Made by a program: the position numbers and the translations under genes
Source: Candidatus Bathyarchaeota archaeon
GTDB taxonomy: Archaea > Thermoproteota > Bathyarchaeia > Bathyarchaeales > Bathyarchaeaceae
DNA length: 64,000 bases
Assembly: GCA_963772765.1 (NCBI GenBank)
Contig: CAVYYP010000013.1
Span: 186,059-250,058, forward strand
Direction: 5' to 3'
Shown: positions 42,228 to 52,131 of the stretch, piece by piece
Numbering within the stretch: the first letter of the stretch is position 1
How the letters are laid out: the number at the start of each line of letters is the position of its first letter
The notes under the pieces: model-generated
The model's database searches: none
What the model was told of the DNA's origin: nothing
What the model saw: only the letters and a program-made list of their open reading frames with translations

Positions 42228-42589
42228 TATCACAAATCACAACCAATTTATCACAAAAAATACAATCAGTTTCTACCAAAACAAGACGGCATACAAGAAA
42301 GGCATAAGATCACAATAAAGAAAAAACAGCCAGAACAAAAACCGCAATTTAACCGTTTTTTTAAAAATAAACCGATTTTATGAATTTTAAGTTTTAAAAA
42401 GGTCAAAGGCAAGAAGAGATAAACATATAACACAATCACAAAGCAGGAAGAAGACTGAGACCCGATTAAAAGCGATTTGTGAGGTGTGATGTCACGATTA
42501 TCAAAGGTGGGAAAACATTTAAGTTTACTTATATACTAGTGTGATGTGTGATTCCGAATGCATATCACAACATATCACGCTGAAATCAC
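42223..42589. repeat. Array 2 of GTGAT/ATCAC half-sites and palindromes
   Basis: GTGATATCAC at 42223 (overlaps the stop codon), GTGATGTCAC at 42486, and about 9 further half-sites. Confidence 0.85.
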
Positions 42590-42607
42590 ATGTGAGGTGT
42601 ATAGGTA

Positions 42608-43300
42608 ATGGTTTCAGAGATTATGCTAGTAACAACGACAATATTGCTTGTGGGAACGATTGCAGCATTGTTTCTGTATTACAGAAGGATAGCAGGTCTA
42701 CGCCAAGAATATTATAGTGCAAAAAATGTTGTGAATGATATAGTATTGAGTGTGGATGACCAATTCAGGAGACAAAAAAATAGGGTTCTTTTTATTGTCC
42801 AAAAAATGGAAAACGTCCTGTTAGAGAACAAAAAAGTTGAAGAAAAAGTAACTGATTTGACTAAAGCAATAAGCGAGACTCCACAGATTGAAGAGAAACT
42901 TTCTGTAAAAATTGAGGAAATGCGCAGTGAAGTTGAGGGAATAAAAGTCGCTCAGGATAACGTCATGAAGAAACTTGTTGAGATAGAGAAAATAAAAAGA
43001 GAACCATATGTTTCCGAAACAAAGATTGAAGCAGCTATTCCAATAAGAAAAGAGAAAGCATTGGATCCATTAACTGAGACCGAGTTGATGGTCCTTGAGA
43101 CAATAAACAAAGAAGGGGACAAGACTGCCCCTGAAATCCGCGAAAAAATTGGACTCACACGTGAGCATAGTGCTCGCCTAATGAAGAAACTATACAAGGA
43201 CGGATACCTAGAAAGGGACACACATAAAATGCCATATGTCTACCGACTAAAAGATGAGATGCAGAAGATATTGAAGAAAAGGGAAGCCGGTGCTTCTTAG
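42608..43300 (+). CDS. Membrane-anchored coiled-coil protein with a C-terminal winged-helix (MarR-like) domain
   Basis: N-terminal TM (IMLVTTTILLVGTIAALFLYY), ~100-aa heptad region, LTETELMVL...TAPEIREKIGLTREHSARLMKKLYKDGYLER...PYVYRL. Confidence 0.85.
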   Translation: MVSEIMLVTTTILLVGTIAALFLYYRRIAGLRQEYYSAKNVVNDIVLSVDDQFRRQKNRVLFIVQKMENVLLENKKVEEKVTDLTKAISETPQIEEKLSVKIEEMRSEVEGIKVAQDNVMKKLVEIEKIKREPYVSETKIEAAIPIRKEKALDPLTETELMVLETINKEGDKTAPEIREKIGLTREHSARLMKKLYKDGYLERDTHKMPYVYRLKDEMQKILKKREAGAS

Positions 43301-44863
43301 GACGATTCTTCAGAGGTTAGAGATTTTCCAACAGCCTTGAGTCGTTTTAGTTTAGCATCCATTTCAGATAGATGTTCTGAAGGAGCCAATTGGTAGTCAA
43401 CTTTTTCTCTAGTTTTCAGGTAATCAGGGTAATGAATGACTTTTATAGGAACAGCAAACCGAATCTGTGGCTCTGAAATGAGCAATGCTTCCCCAATATC
43501 CAGCATCTTGATTTCTGTGTCACTGTATTCCATGTAAGGCGTGTTTTGGGTAAGATAGTCTCGGTCTCGCTTCAATTCAGTTTTCATTATAACTTTGGTC
43601 CAAAGCTCAGCAAACACATCACGATTGATCTTGGAAGGTCTAGGGGTTACTGCATTTAGCCCAACTCTGTATTTTCGGTAACGTAAGGGCAATGTCTGAA
43701 AAGATTGTTTTATGTATTTCAGGATCAAGAAATTCGTGAGCTTCTTCAAGCGTAATCAGAAGAGTTGGAAGTTTTTTCCAAGCTTCAAAATTGTTTTCCC
43801 AAGACTGTTTATAGTGTTGCGCAACATTTGTTGCTGTGAGGCACGTGACATTTTGTTGTTCTTCAGAAGTTAAACCAGAAATATCGATAAGACAGGTTAT
43901 TCCCTTGCTTAGGTTCTGTACAACATCCTCTATGAAGTTATAATCAGAAGGAGGATAAAGATGTCGTGGAAGGTCAGAAAGCCTACTCATAAGAGCACTG
44001 ATAACATTTTTTTGATTATAATTAATGACCCTTCCAACTCCAGAATAGCCTTCTTGCCGATATACTTCAAGTGATTGCTCAACCCAACATTTTCCAAGTT
44101 GTTCATATAGCCTTCGAGCAACCCTGATTTGAGGTCGTCCGATGTCAGGAAAAATTGTCCATAAACGCCCAGGAGTAAGAGTCCTCAAACCAATACACAA
44201 CTTACCATCTCTGGCTGAATAATAACGAACTTTACTATGAAAAAGAGGGTGATCACCTAAACCACTCTCTGAACCAATGTCTTTACCCGATAATAATTGA
44301 CCAGCAAAATCAAAAATAAGTCCGACTGTTTCAGGGTTATCAATTATGCGAGCGTTTAGAATAAGTTCAGTGTTTGTTTTTCCAGAACCAGTCATTCCGA
44401 ACATACCCATCATTTTTGGGATTGCTTTAGCATTAAGACCCACGATACCCAAAACTTCCTCACCTGAACGAAGGCGCCCAATCTCTAATTCACCTGAAAG
44501 CCGCAAAACTGAATAGTCTTCTTCATTTATTGTGTAAACCTGATCCATATAGTTGGGATTAAAGGTTGGCGAACGAATATTCCCAGCATTACTCTCAAGC
44601 AACAAGACCGCATCGACATGTCTAAAGCTTGAATAAGGTCCAAAGGACTCTTTTCCCTCAGCTTCTCGAAGCTGCTCATTAGTCTTTAGCGTAGAGGAAC
44701 TTCCAGCATCTACAACACGCGCATAAAAACTTCGAGTCTCAGAATTGATCCGAACAATCTGACCAAAAGATAACGTTACTCCTTGATTCAGGAAAAAAGA
44801 GACTGTGTCTCCTTTAACTTCTCGAACAAATCCGACTGGTTCATATTCTGTCAAAGTTCTCAT
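43297..44863 (-). CDS. HerA/FtsK-family ATPase (+1 frameshift near 43681)
   Basis: HAS-barrel-like N-terminus, Walker A GMTGSGKT, Walker B LITLEEAH; YRKYRVGL (RK motif) appears after correcting the frame. Confidence 0.88.
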
Positions 44864-45866
44864 CGCCCTCAAAAAGGTTTGATAATCCATGTATTTTGTC
44901 AGCAAAGCTGCAGGAAAGCTCTTCCATACGAAGAGGCTCTAAGATTCCTGCAGTAGCCAACTCTTTTTCGATTAAATCATAATACTCTAGAAGTTTTGAG
45001 TTTGACGCTCCAGAAAATTCATGAGCAAGCCAAAGTGTAACAGGATACCCCAAACATCTAGGATCTTCAGAAAGCGAAGTAAGGGGAGAAAGCAGCTCGG
45101 AGATATCTCCTGAAGTTGGGTCCATTATATCACAACGAAAGATGTGTTGGCTGTCTTCACATAGCTTCACAAGAGATATATCCCCGTACAGATGGTCAGC
45201 CATGTTCGCTGTTTTTACAGGATGGTAAACCCAAAGAGGGAAAGATGTAAGTATACTTGTTGACGCCATAAAATCTCTTCCTTTCTCATCACACAACATG
45301 GGAGACTGCTTACTCACAGCAAGAAGATTAACTTTTTTACGAAGAGCCTCTTCGTATAACGAAGTATGGAACCCTCGTTTTCCACCAAAAAAACTCGCAC
45401 CATCCAACAAAACATAATCTCCTTCACCTACAAGAAGAGTTTTCCCCTCTTTTGTTAAAGTCCCAGTAGACTCTTCGTGAAGAAGATTCAAGGCCATTTC
45501 ACTTTCTAGTTGTAATCGTCGATCAATCAAAAAGTTTGAACGGTAACGCCGGTCTCCTACTGCACATACGATGCTTTCATCATAATTCCACTGTACGTCA
45601 CGATTCTCTACTGAGGCATATGCAACGCGCATCAGGTAAATACCCCAATTATGGGCTCGTTTCAAGGTTCGAGTTGAACAATCTACCGCGAAAAACCTTG
45701 AGTTAGATTTTTTCATTTTTTTCAAAGATGTGAATTTTTTGATGTCTGGTCTTGTGACAATCAATGGTTGTGGTTTGACATCGCTAAAACCTATTTGGCG
45801 CCCTTTGTCAACATATGATTTGAGCTTAGTTTTAAGTTCATTTAGGTTTCTCTGAAGGTTACTCAT
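44841..45866 (-). CDS. NurA-family nuclease
   Basis: FAVDCS, VLLDGA, LAVSK and GYPVTLWLAHE motifs; overlaps the HerA start. Confidence 0.85.
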   Translation of the reverse strand: MSNLQRNLNELKTKLKSYVDKGRQIGFSDVKPQPLIVTRPDIKKFTSLKKMKKSNSRFFAVDCSTRTLKRAHNWGIYLMRVAYASVENRDVQWNYDESIVCAVGDRRYRSNFLIDRRLQLESEMALNLLHEESTGTLTKEGKTLLVGEGDYVLLDGASFFGGKRGFHTSLYEEALRKKVNLLAVSKQSPMLCDEKGRDFMASTSILTSFPLWVYHPVKTANMADHLYGDISLVKLCEDSQHIFRCDIMDPTSGDISELLSPLTSLSEDPRCLGYPVTLWLAHEFSGASNSKLLEYYDLIEKELATAGILEPLRMEELSCSFADKIHGLSNLFEGDENFDRI

Positions 45867-45930
45867 ATGACCGCGTTCTCCTCAAGGAGTCACAAGTAGT
45901 ATCAAGTATCCTAACAAATTATGTTATTTA

Positions 45931-46341
45931 TTATCTTCCGTTAACCTGATAGTTTGAAATTGCAGTTACGAGTCTGTAACGTAACTGGTTTGAAGAACCT
46001 CGTCTAAGGAAAAAGCCTCTATCTGATAGACGAGACAAATAAGTTGAGATTGTACTCAACCGAATTGGTTCATTAAACTGCTTTTCATACGCCGACTGTA
46101 GGTCCTTTGAAGAAAACCATCCAACTGGATAGCTCTTTTCTGCAACTAAACGAACCTTTTGTATTTTAGGCATTTCAGACGCTGACTTCTGCAACTTAGC
46201 ATTAACAGTTGGCATTCCTCCCAAAAGTTCAACCAAATCAAGTAAACGAAGAGCCTTATCTCGCGTAACTTGACCTTCAAAAGTAATCGTATAACGATCC
46301 CCACCATTGAAGATTTCTACACGCATTTTTTTGGCAGGCAT
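45931..46341 (-). CDS. Origin-adjacent hypothetical protein with a C-terminal winged helix
   Basis: WFSSKDL...IRLSTISTYLSRLSDRG...YRL pattern; transcribed divergently from cdc6 across oriC. Confidence 0.75.
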   Translation of the reverse strand: MPAKKMRVEIFNGGDRYTITFEGQVTRDKALRLLDLVELLGGMPTVNAKLQKSASEMPKIQKVRLVAEKSYPVGWFSSKDLQSAYEKQFNEPIRLSTISTYLSRLSDRGFFLRRGSSNQLRYRLVTAISNYQVNGR

Positions 46342-46538
46342 GCTGTACACCAGTTACGAAAGTGTTCACTAGTTACGACTTCACAAGTTATAGGCATTGT
46401 GGTTAAATTTGCAAAAATAAAAAGCCTAAAAATAGCCTTAAAAGCTAAAATATTTAAAATTTGCAGTTTTCTAGCTTCACAAGCTTCACTATTGTTCACG
46501 TTTACAAAATCAACAAACAAAAAGGAATGGTTCTTATT

Positions 46539-46997
46539 TTCCAGTAGAAACCAAGGGGTAACCTTTTCACTAAAAACAGACCAGAAATGAAGATTTTTCT
46601 GAAAAATAGATGTATTAAACTGAAGGTTTCCTTTTTGATTCACAGCAATTCACAAGGAAGTAAACGAAGAGTTTTACAAGGAATAACTAGGAGGCTCTTC
46701 GTAAGTTTCAATACTATTGTGTCTTTGAAGATACAGACAAAGTAACATATCTGTTTTTACCACAGACCCCTTTGTTTCCATTGTACCAAAGAAAAGAGTC
46801 CAGAGTCCAAATTACAACTTTAAGTTAAGAAATTATATGGTTAACTCTAATTTTTTTGATGAATATTAATAAATAATGAATTCTAAGATAATTCCCGTGA
46901 GATTCTTTTTTATAAAAATATTATACTCGTAAAAAATGATTCTTTTTTTGTCTAAACTCCAGATTAACCTTAATTTTTCCATGAGAAATATAGGGGT
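46539..46997. other. oriC: Replication origin oriC: three ORB boxes and an AT-rich unwinding element
   Basis: ORB(+) TTCCAGTAGAAACCAAGGGGT 46539-46559; ORB(-) GTACAATGGAAACAAAGGGGT 46766-46786; ORB(+) TTCCATGAGAAATATAGGGGT 46977-46997; very AT-rich 46810-46975 between the inverted pair; directly upstream of cdc6. Confidence 0.9.
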
Positions 46998-47175
46998 GCG
47001 AGACCAGTAAACATGTCTTCAAAACTACAAATAACCTAAAACTTATTTTATCCCGAAAGTTTTGTTCCCCTTTAGCTTTTTGTGCAAATTGTCTACTTTT
47101 TTTTATGACAGTTCTTATGTACTCGAACTACAATCGAGGCAATAATTTCACACCATCTAAAGGAGCCTGCCAGAA

Positions 47176-48411
47176 CTGACAGAAATTGACACACTTGACG
47201 ATGTTTTCGACCGTTTTCTCAGTAATACATGCATTTTCAAGGACCGAGAAGTATTAAGGCATGACTACATCCCAAACAAACTTCCACACCGTGACAAACA
47301 AATTCATTGTCTAGGCGGAATTGTTGCTCCAGTCTTGCGAGGTTCACCATGCTCAAACGCCTTTATTTATGGCAAAACAGGAACAGGAAAAACAGCAGTC
47401 ACAAAATATGTTCTAAACAAGCTTTCTTCCAAAGCATACGAGCTAGGAGCCCCAATTGGAGTTTGCTATGTAAACTGCCGCCTGGCTGGCACAGAATATC
47501 GTGTCCTATCCAATTTGTGTGAAGCTCTAGATGTAAAGGTTCCATTTACTGGTTTAGCTGTAGGAGAAGTCTTTGACAGATTCAAACAAGGTCTAGACCA
47601 GCAAAGAAAAGTATTCATTGTTGTCCTTGACGAAATTGACGCTTTGATAAAAGCTCGTGGAGACACACTGCTTTATGAATTAACCAGAGTTAATGAGACT
47701 CTTCGTCACGGTCGAACTTGCATCATAGGAATCTCAAACGATCTACGATTCAAAGAATTTTTGGACCCACGCGTTTTAAGCTCATTGAGTGAAGAAGAAA
47801 TTGTTTTCAGACCTTATGACGCAACCGAATTACAAGACATTCTCTGGAGACGTACTCAAATAGCCTTCTCTGAAGGAGCTCTACTCGATAGCGCAGTAGC
47901 CTTATGTGCTGCACTTGCCGCCGCAGAACACGGTGATGCACGACGTGCTCTGGACTTACTTCGTGTTGCAGGCGAACTTGCAGAACGACAAGGCGTAGAC
48001 ACTGTTACTGAAGAGCACGTGAGAGAAGCAGAAAAACGTGTTGAGCATGATAGAATCGTAGAAGTTTTGGAGAATCTTCCAGTTCACTCAAAATTGGTTT
48101 TGTGTAGCGTCTACTTACTGGGCAAAACAAAGTTAAACTACACAATTACTGGAGACATTTACGGAATATATTGTGAACTTTGCGACCAAACAGGTCTATC
48201 ACCATTAACTCAAAGGCGGGTGAGTGGCTTGATAAGTGAATTAGACATGATTGGTTTATTGAATGCACGCGTTGTAAGTATGGGTCGACATGGACGGACT
48301 AAAAAAATTCGCTTGGGCATAGGACGCGGTCTTATCAGAAACGTTTTTTCTAACAGTGACCGTTTCAGTGAACTACTAAAATATGTCCCAAACTGCCTTG
48401 AAAGCCGATAA
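47176..48411 (+). CDS. cdc6: Orc1/Cdc6 replication initiator (probable CTG start)
   Basis: In-frame upstream IFKDREVLRHDYIPNKLPHRD; Walker A GKTGTGKT, Walker B VLDEID, GDARRALDLLR, C-terminal wHTH with GRHGRT. Confidence 0.96.
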   Translation: MTEIDTLDDVFDRFLSNTCIFKDREVLRHDYIPNKLPHRDKQIHCLGGIVAPVLRGSPCSNAFIYGKTGTGKTAVTKYVLNKLSSKAYELGAPIGVCYVNCRLAGTEYRVLSNLCEALDVKVPFTGLAVGEVFDRFKQGLDQQRKVFIVVLDEIDALIKARGDTLLYELTRVNETLRHGRTCIIGISNDLRFKEFLDPRVLSSLSEEEIVFRPYDATELQDILWRRTQIAFSEGALLDSAVALCAALAAAEHGDARRALDLLRVAGELAERQGVDTVTEEHVREAEKRVEHDRIVEVLENLPVHSKLVLCSVYLLGKTKLNYTITGDIYGIYCELCDQTGLSPLTQRRVSGLISELDMIGLLNARVVSMGRHGRTKKIRLGIGRGLIRNVFSNSDRFSELLKYVPNCLESR

Positions 48412-48433
48412 TTCTTTGTTTCTCTTTTTATGT

Positions 48434-49972
48434 TCACCAAGGTTGTGTAAAATCTATTGTCGAAATCATAGATGTTTGAAGATTTACAAACGGAACGATT
48501 CCGGGAGTGGGCATAAGCCCCATCTTTTGTTGAAAGTCAGTTTGTTCTTGCCATGCTCCAGAGTTCACGATAAGTGTTCCCTTATGTCTATTACATTTCA
48601 TTATGTGGACATGCCCTGCATGAAAGATGTCTGGGGTTCTTTCTATAACCATGAAATCTCTTTTTTCTGGGGATATAGGGGTTCTTTCTCCATAAATTGG
48701 TGCAAGATGCCTGCTCTGTAACAACAGTTTCATTGATTTGTCTGGTGTATCAAAACTGACATTTGGAGCAACAGCAGCTATGTCATCCAAACTTCGTCCG
48801 TGAAATAGAAGCAATTCAACTCCATGAAGTGTAACAGTTGACGGATTCCCCAAGGAGTATATGCTTCGTGACTCTAGCAGTGGTTCTGCGTAGTCTTTTG
48901 GGATTGCAGGTTGCGGTAATGCTTTTCTAGATGCATCATGGTTTCCCGGTATCACTATTATTTCAATGTGTTCAGGAACCTGTTCTAGAAGTTTTGCGGC
49001 TGCCTGATATTGTTCGTAAATATCCGTTATCGATAAACTTTCCAGCTGCCCTGGGTATATTCCTATCCCGTCGACAATATCACCTGCTATTACCAAATAT
49101 TTGGTGTGACTAGCGATTTCTCTGAGTTTTTCGTTGCCTCTTTCTCCTTTTAACCAGCTTAGAAACCTGTTGAATTCTTTTTCCATGAACTTGTCGCTTC
49201 CAACATGGATGTCAGACATTAATGCTGCATAGACTGGAATTGGAGCTTTGCGGGGTGTTTTTTGAGGAAGTTCTGGTAAAATGAAGTCTTTTGCAATAAT
49301 TAGGTCATTGTTTCCTTTTATCGCATTTACACAGATAACTTGGTCTAAGAGCAGAGAATGTGCTTTCGCCAAAATTTCCTTACTTAACTTGGGAGATACA
49401 AGTACCGTAGCACTTGCTTCCAAGTCCTCAATTTTTATAAATAGCCTTTCTTTAGATTCGATCTTTTCTGTAACCATACCTATAATGCTAACTTTTGATT
49501 TGGTTGGCGATTTTAGGGCAACCGAAATAGGTATGGCACTTTTTACGTCCATTCTTTTCTTAAGAATTTTCTTTAATCTTTCAAACCTATCCTTGAAATA
49601 TCCCAGATATTCGTTGATAGAGCCTGTTGTACATATGTTGTCTGTCGGGTCCACCACAACCTTAACTTCGCTATCAACATCCTTTGCATACGGTCTAAAA
49701 GTCCTCCTTGACCCAACATTGCCTATCTCCGAATCAATTTGTAGAGACTCCTCGCTGCACGGCTCTATTTTCATTGTCTCAAGAAAGCCTCGGTTTATAA
49801 AAAGAGGCTTTTGTGGCAAATCCCTAATTTTTTTTACAGCCTCTTCCATTAAATAGAGGGGATCTTCTTTCTTTGCTACTGTATTCAAGAATTCAAAAGC
49901 TTCTTTGTCTAGTTGAAATCCAGACTCTATTGTGAAGGAAACGGCTTTTTGTAGCCTTTCACCCTCACTCAT
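48434..49972 (-). CDS. polB: DNA polymerase D small subunit DP1
   Basis: SDIHVGS, GDIVDG, PGNHD and HAGHVH phosphoesterase motifs; OB domain. Confidence 0.96.
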   Translation of the reverse strand: MSEGERLQKAVSFTIESGFQLDKEAFEFLNTVAKKEDPLYLMEEAVKKIRDLPQKPLFINRGFLETMKIEPCSEESLQIDSEIGNVGSRRTFRPYAKDVDSEVKVVVDPTDNICTTGSINEYLGYFKDRFERLKKILKKRMDVKSAIPISVALKSPTKSKVSIIGMVTEKIESKERLFIKIEDLEASATVLVSPKLSKEILAKAHSLLLDQVICVNAIKGNNDLIIAKDFILPELPQKTPRKAPIPVYAALMSDIHVGSDKFMEKEFNRFLSWLKGERGNEKLREIASHTKYLVIAGDIVDGIGIYPGQLESLSITDIYEQYQAAAKLLEQVPEHIEIIVIPGNHDASRKALPQPAIPKDYAEPLLESRSIYSLGNPSTVTLHGVELLLFHGRSLDDIAAVAPNVSFDTPDKSMKLLLQSRHLAPIYGERTPISPEKRDFMVIERTPDIFHAGHVHIMKCNRHKGTLIVNSGAWQEQTDFQQKMGLMPTPGIVPFVNLQTSMISTIDFTQPW

Positions 49973-50186
49973 GATTTCTTCCTCGTTTAATTCCCTCTAT
50001 TGAAACCGTAATATGTGCTTCGTATCCTATTAATCATGTTATTTCCCCCTCAGGCACCATATTGTTCCTAGTTTTGGATGTCTATACTAGTTAGAACATT
50101 CTTCTATCCTTCAAATGTTTTCTAGTTAACTCTTAATAATTCGTATTGCTTTAAACTAAATTTAATATTCCTTTGAGGATTCAAAG

Positions 50187-51167
50187 ATGGACCTTCGCAA
50201 GATTCAGAAAACTAGCAGCGGAACATTTTTTGTCTGCTTGCCAAAAGCTTGGGCTGAAAAAAATGGACTTGATCGCGGTACACACGTTTCTATTACAGAA
50301 ACCGCAGATGGAACACTTGTTATTAATCCAAAATATGATGTGGAACGAAATCCTCAAGTAGCAGTAATTACGCCCTCTCCCCTACTTGACCGCTTAATCA
50401 TTGAGAAATATTTGTTAGGTTATGACATCATTCAAGTTGAAGCAAAAGACAGAATAAGCCCATTAGACCGCGAACGGGTAAAACATGCCTCAACCCAGTT
50501 GGTTGGTCTCGAAATTGTTGAAGAAAATCATTCAAAAATTGTTATGCAATGCCTCTTAGAACCATCTACATTTCCGCCACAAAAAATACTTCGAAGAGAA
50601 TACTCTATTGTTTCCGGAGTGCACCGTGATGCTGTAACAGCCCTTCTTGAAGGCGACCAAGAATTAGCTAAAAATGTTGTAGCAAGAGACAACGAAGTTA
50701 ACCGCTTATACTTCCTTTTGGTACGCATTCTTCGAACAGTAATTCAGAATCCGGGATTAAGTGAAAAACTCGGAATTTTACCAATAGATTGCTTAGATTA
50801 CCGTTTAGCTGCGAGCTTAGTTGAGTCTATAGGCGATTATGCTGCTTCCATAGGTGAGATAGTTATCGATTTAGCTGGTGCCAAAATTCCGAACAATCTT
50901 TCAGACCTTATTCTTCAACTTCACAAAACAGCCTATGAAGCGCATGAAAATGCGATTAGCGCAGTATTCTATCATGATGTTTCAATTGCAGAGTCTGTGA
51001 GAGCTGAAAGAGAAAAAGTTGATGCCGTTTTTCACGAAATTGAAACATCTATCCTCGATCTTCCTGCCGAGATTGGACAGCACCTGCTTGCTATTGCCTC
51101 TTCCATAAATCGAATTTACGACAACAGCTTAGACATCGCAGATCTTGTTATGCCAAAGCTTCCGTGA
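50187..51167 (+). CDS. PhoU-family regulator with an N-terminal AbrB domain
   Basis: RKIQKT..TFFVCLPKAW; DNEVNRLYFL and ESIGD PhoU repeats. Confidence 0.88.
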   Translation: MDLRKIQKTSSGTFFVCLPKAWAEKNGLDRGTHVSITETADGTLVINPKYDVERNPQVAVITPSPLLDRLIIEKYLLGYDIIQVEAKDRISPLDRERVKHASTQLVGLEIVEENHSKIVMQCLLEPSTFPPQKILRREYSIVSGVHRDAVTALLEGDQELAKNVVARDNEVNRLYFLLVRILRTVIQNPGLSEKLGILPIDCLDYRLAASLVESIGDYAASIGEIVIDLAGAKIPNNLSDLILQLHKTAYEAHENAISAVFYHDVSIAESVRAEREKVDAVFHEIETSILDLPAEIGQHLLAIASSINRIYDNSLDIADLVMPKLP

Positions 51168-51222
51168 TATGTTTAAATTACTAATATTCCTTCTAATTTT
51201 TTAGGAAGTAGTGTGTGGCAGA

Positions 51223-52131
51223 ATGGAAGAAAAAGCCCTAATTGAAAATATTAATGAACTTAAAAAGAAAAAAAATGCCGTAATTTTAGTCCACACATAC
51301 CAAAGACCGGAAATCTATAAAGTAGCTGACTTTATTGGTGACTCCTATGGCTTGAGCAAAAAAGCAACAGAAGCAGATGCAAAAATTATAGTTTTTTGCG
51401 GCGTTGATTTCATGGCTGAATCCGCGTACATTCTAAATCCTGACAAGACTGTTTTGATTCCTACAAGGATGGCTAATTGTCCCATGGCTGCTATGGTAGA
51501 TGTTGAAGGTTTACGTGAACTGAAGAAGAAGCATCCTAAAGCTGCTGTTGTAAGCTATGTTAATACAACGGCTGATGTAAAAGCCGAATCTGATATTTGT
51601 TGCACCAGCGCAAATGCAGTTAAAGTTGTCAACTCTTTAGAAGAAGACGAAATAATATTCGTGCCCGACTCCAATCTAGCACATTACGTTATGAAAAATA
51701 CAAAAAAGAAAATTATTCCTTGGACTGGCTGGTGCTATGTTCACAAAAAATTTTCTCCTGAAGGACTTGCCCACGCAAAAGCTACACATCTAGATGCAAA
51801 AGTTCTTGTTCATCCTGAATGTGTACCCGAAGTTGTTGACCTAGCTGACGAAGTTTGTAGCACAACTGGAATGATGGACTACGTGAAACATAGTCCAGAC
51901 AAAAAGTTCATCGTGGCTACGGAAATTGGTCTAATAGAACGATTAAAACTTGAATTTCCAGAAAAAATCTTTTATCAAGCCCCGCCTGGTGGGACATGTC
52001 TTCAAATGAAGAAGATTACTTTGGAGCTTATTTTGGATTCTCTAATTAATGAACAGTTTAAGGTCATGGTTCCAGAAGATATAAGGGTCAGAGCTAAAGA
52101 GGCTCTAGATAGAATGTTAAATGTGGCTTGA
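51223..52131 (+). CDS. nadA: Quinolinate synthase
   Basis: FCGVDFMAE, CPMA, YVNT, CYVH and HPEC motifs. Confidence 0.95.
   Translation: MEEKALIENINELKKKKNAVILVHTYQRPEIYKVADFIGDSYGLSKKATEADAKIIVFCGVDFMAESAYILNPDKTVLIPTRMANCPMAAMVDVEGLRELKKKHPKAAVVSYVNTTADVKAESDICCTSANAVKVVNSLEEDEIIFVPDSNLAHYVMKNTKKKIIPWTGWCYVHKKFSPEGLAHAKATHLDAKVLVHPECVPEVVDLADEVCSTTGMMDYVKHSPDKKFIVATEIGLIERLKLEFPEKIFYQAPPGGTCLQMKKITLELILDSLINEQFKVMVPEDIRVRAKEALDRMLNVA

Noticed and set aside
41214-42589. GTGAT/ATCAC arrays as a CRISPR array
   Set aside because: Units are 5-10 bp, irregularly spaced and in both orientations. There are no 25-40 bp repeats with unique spacers and no cas genes.
47307-47522. Apparent frameshifted N-terminus of cdc6
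   Set aside because: The true N-terminal sequence is in frame with the main ORF. There is no frameshift, only a non-canonical start.
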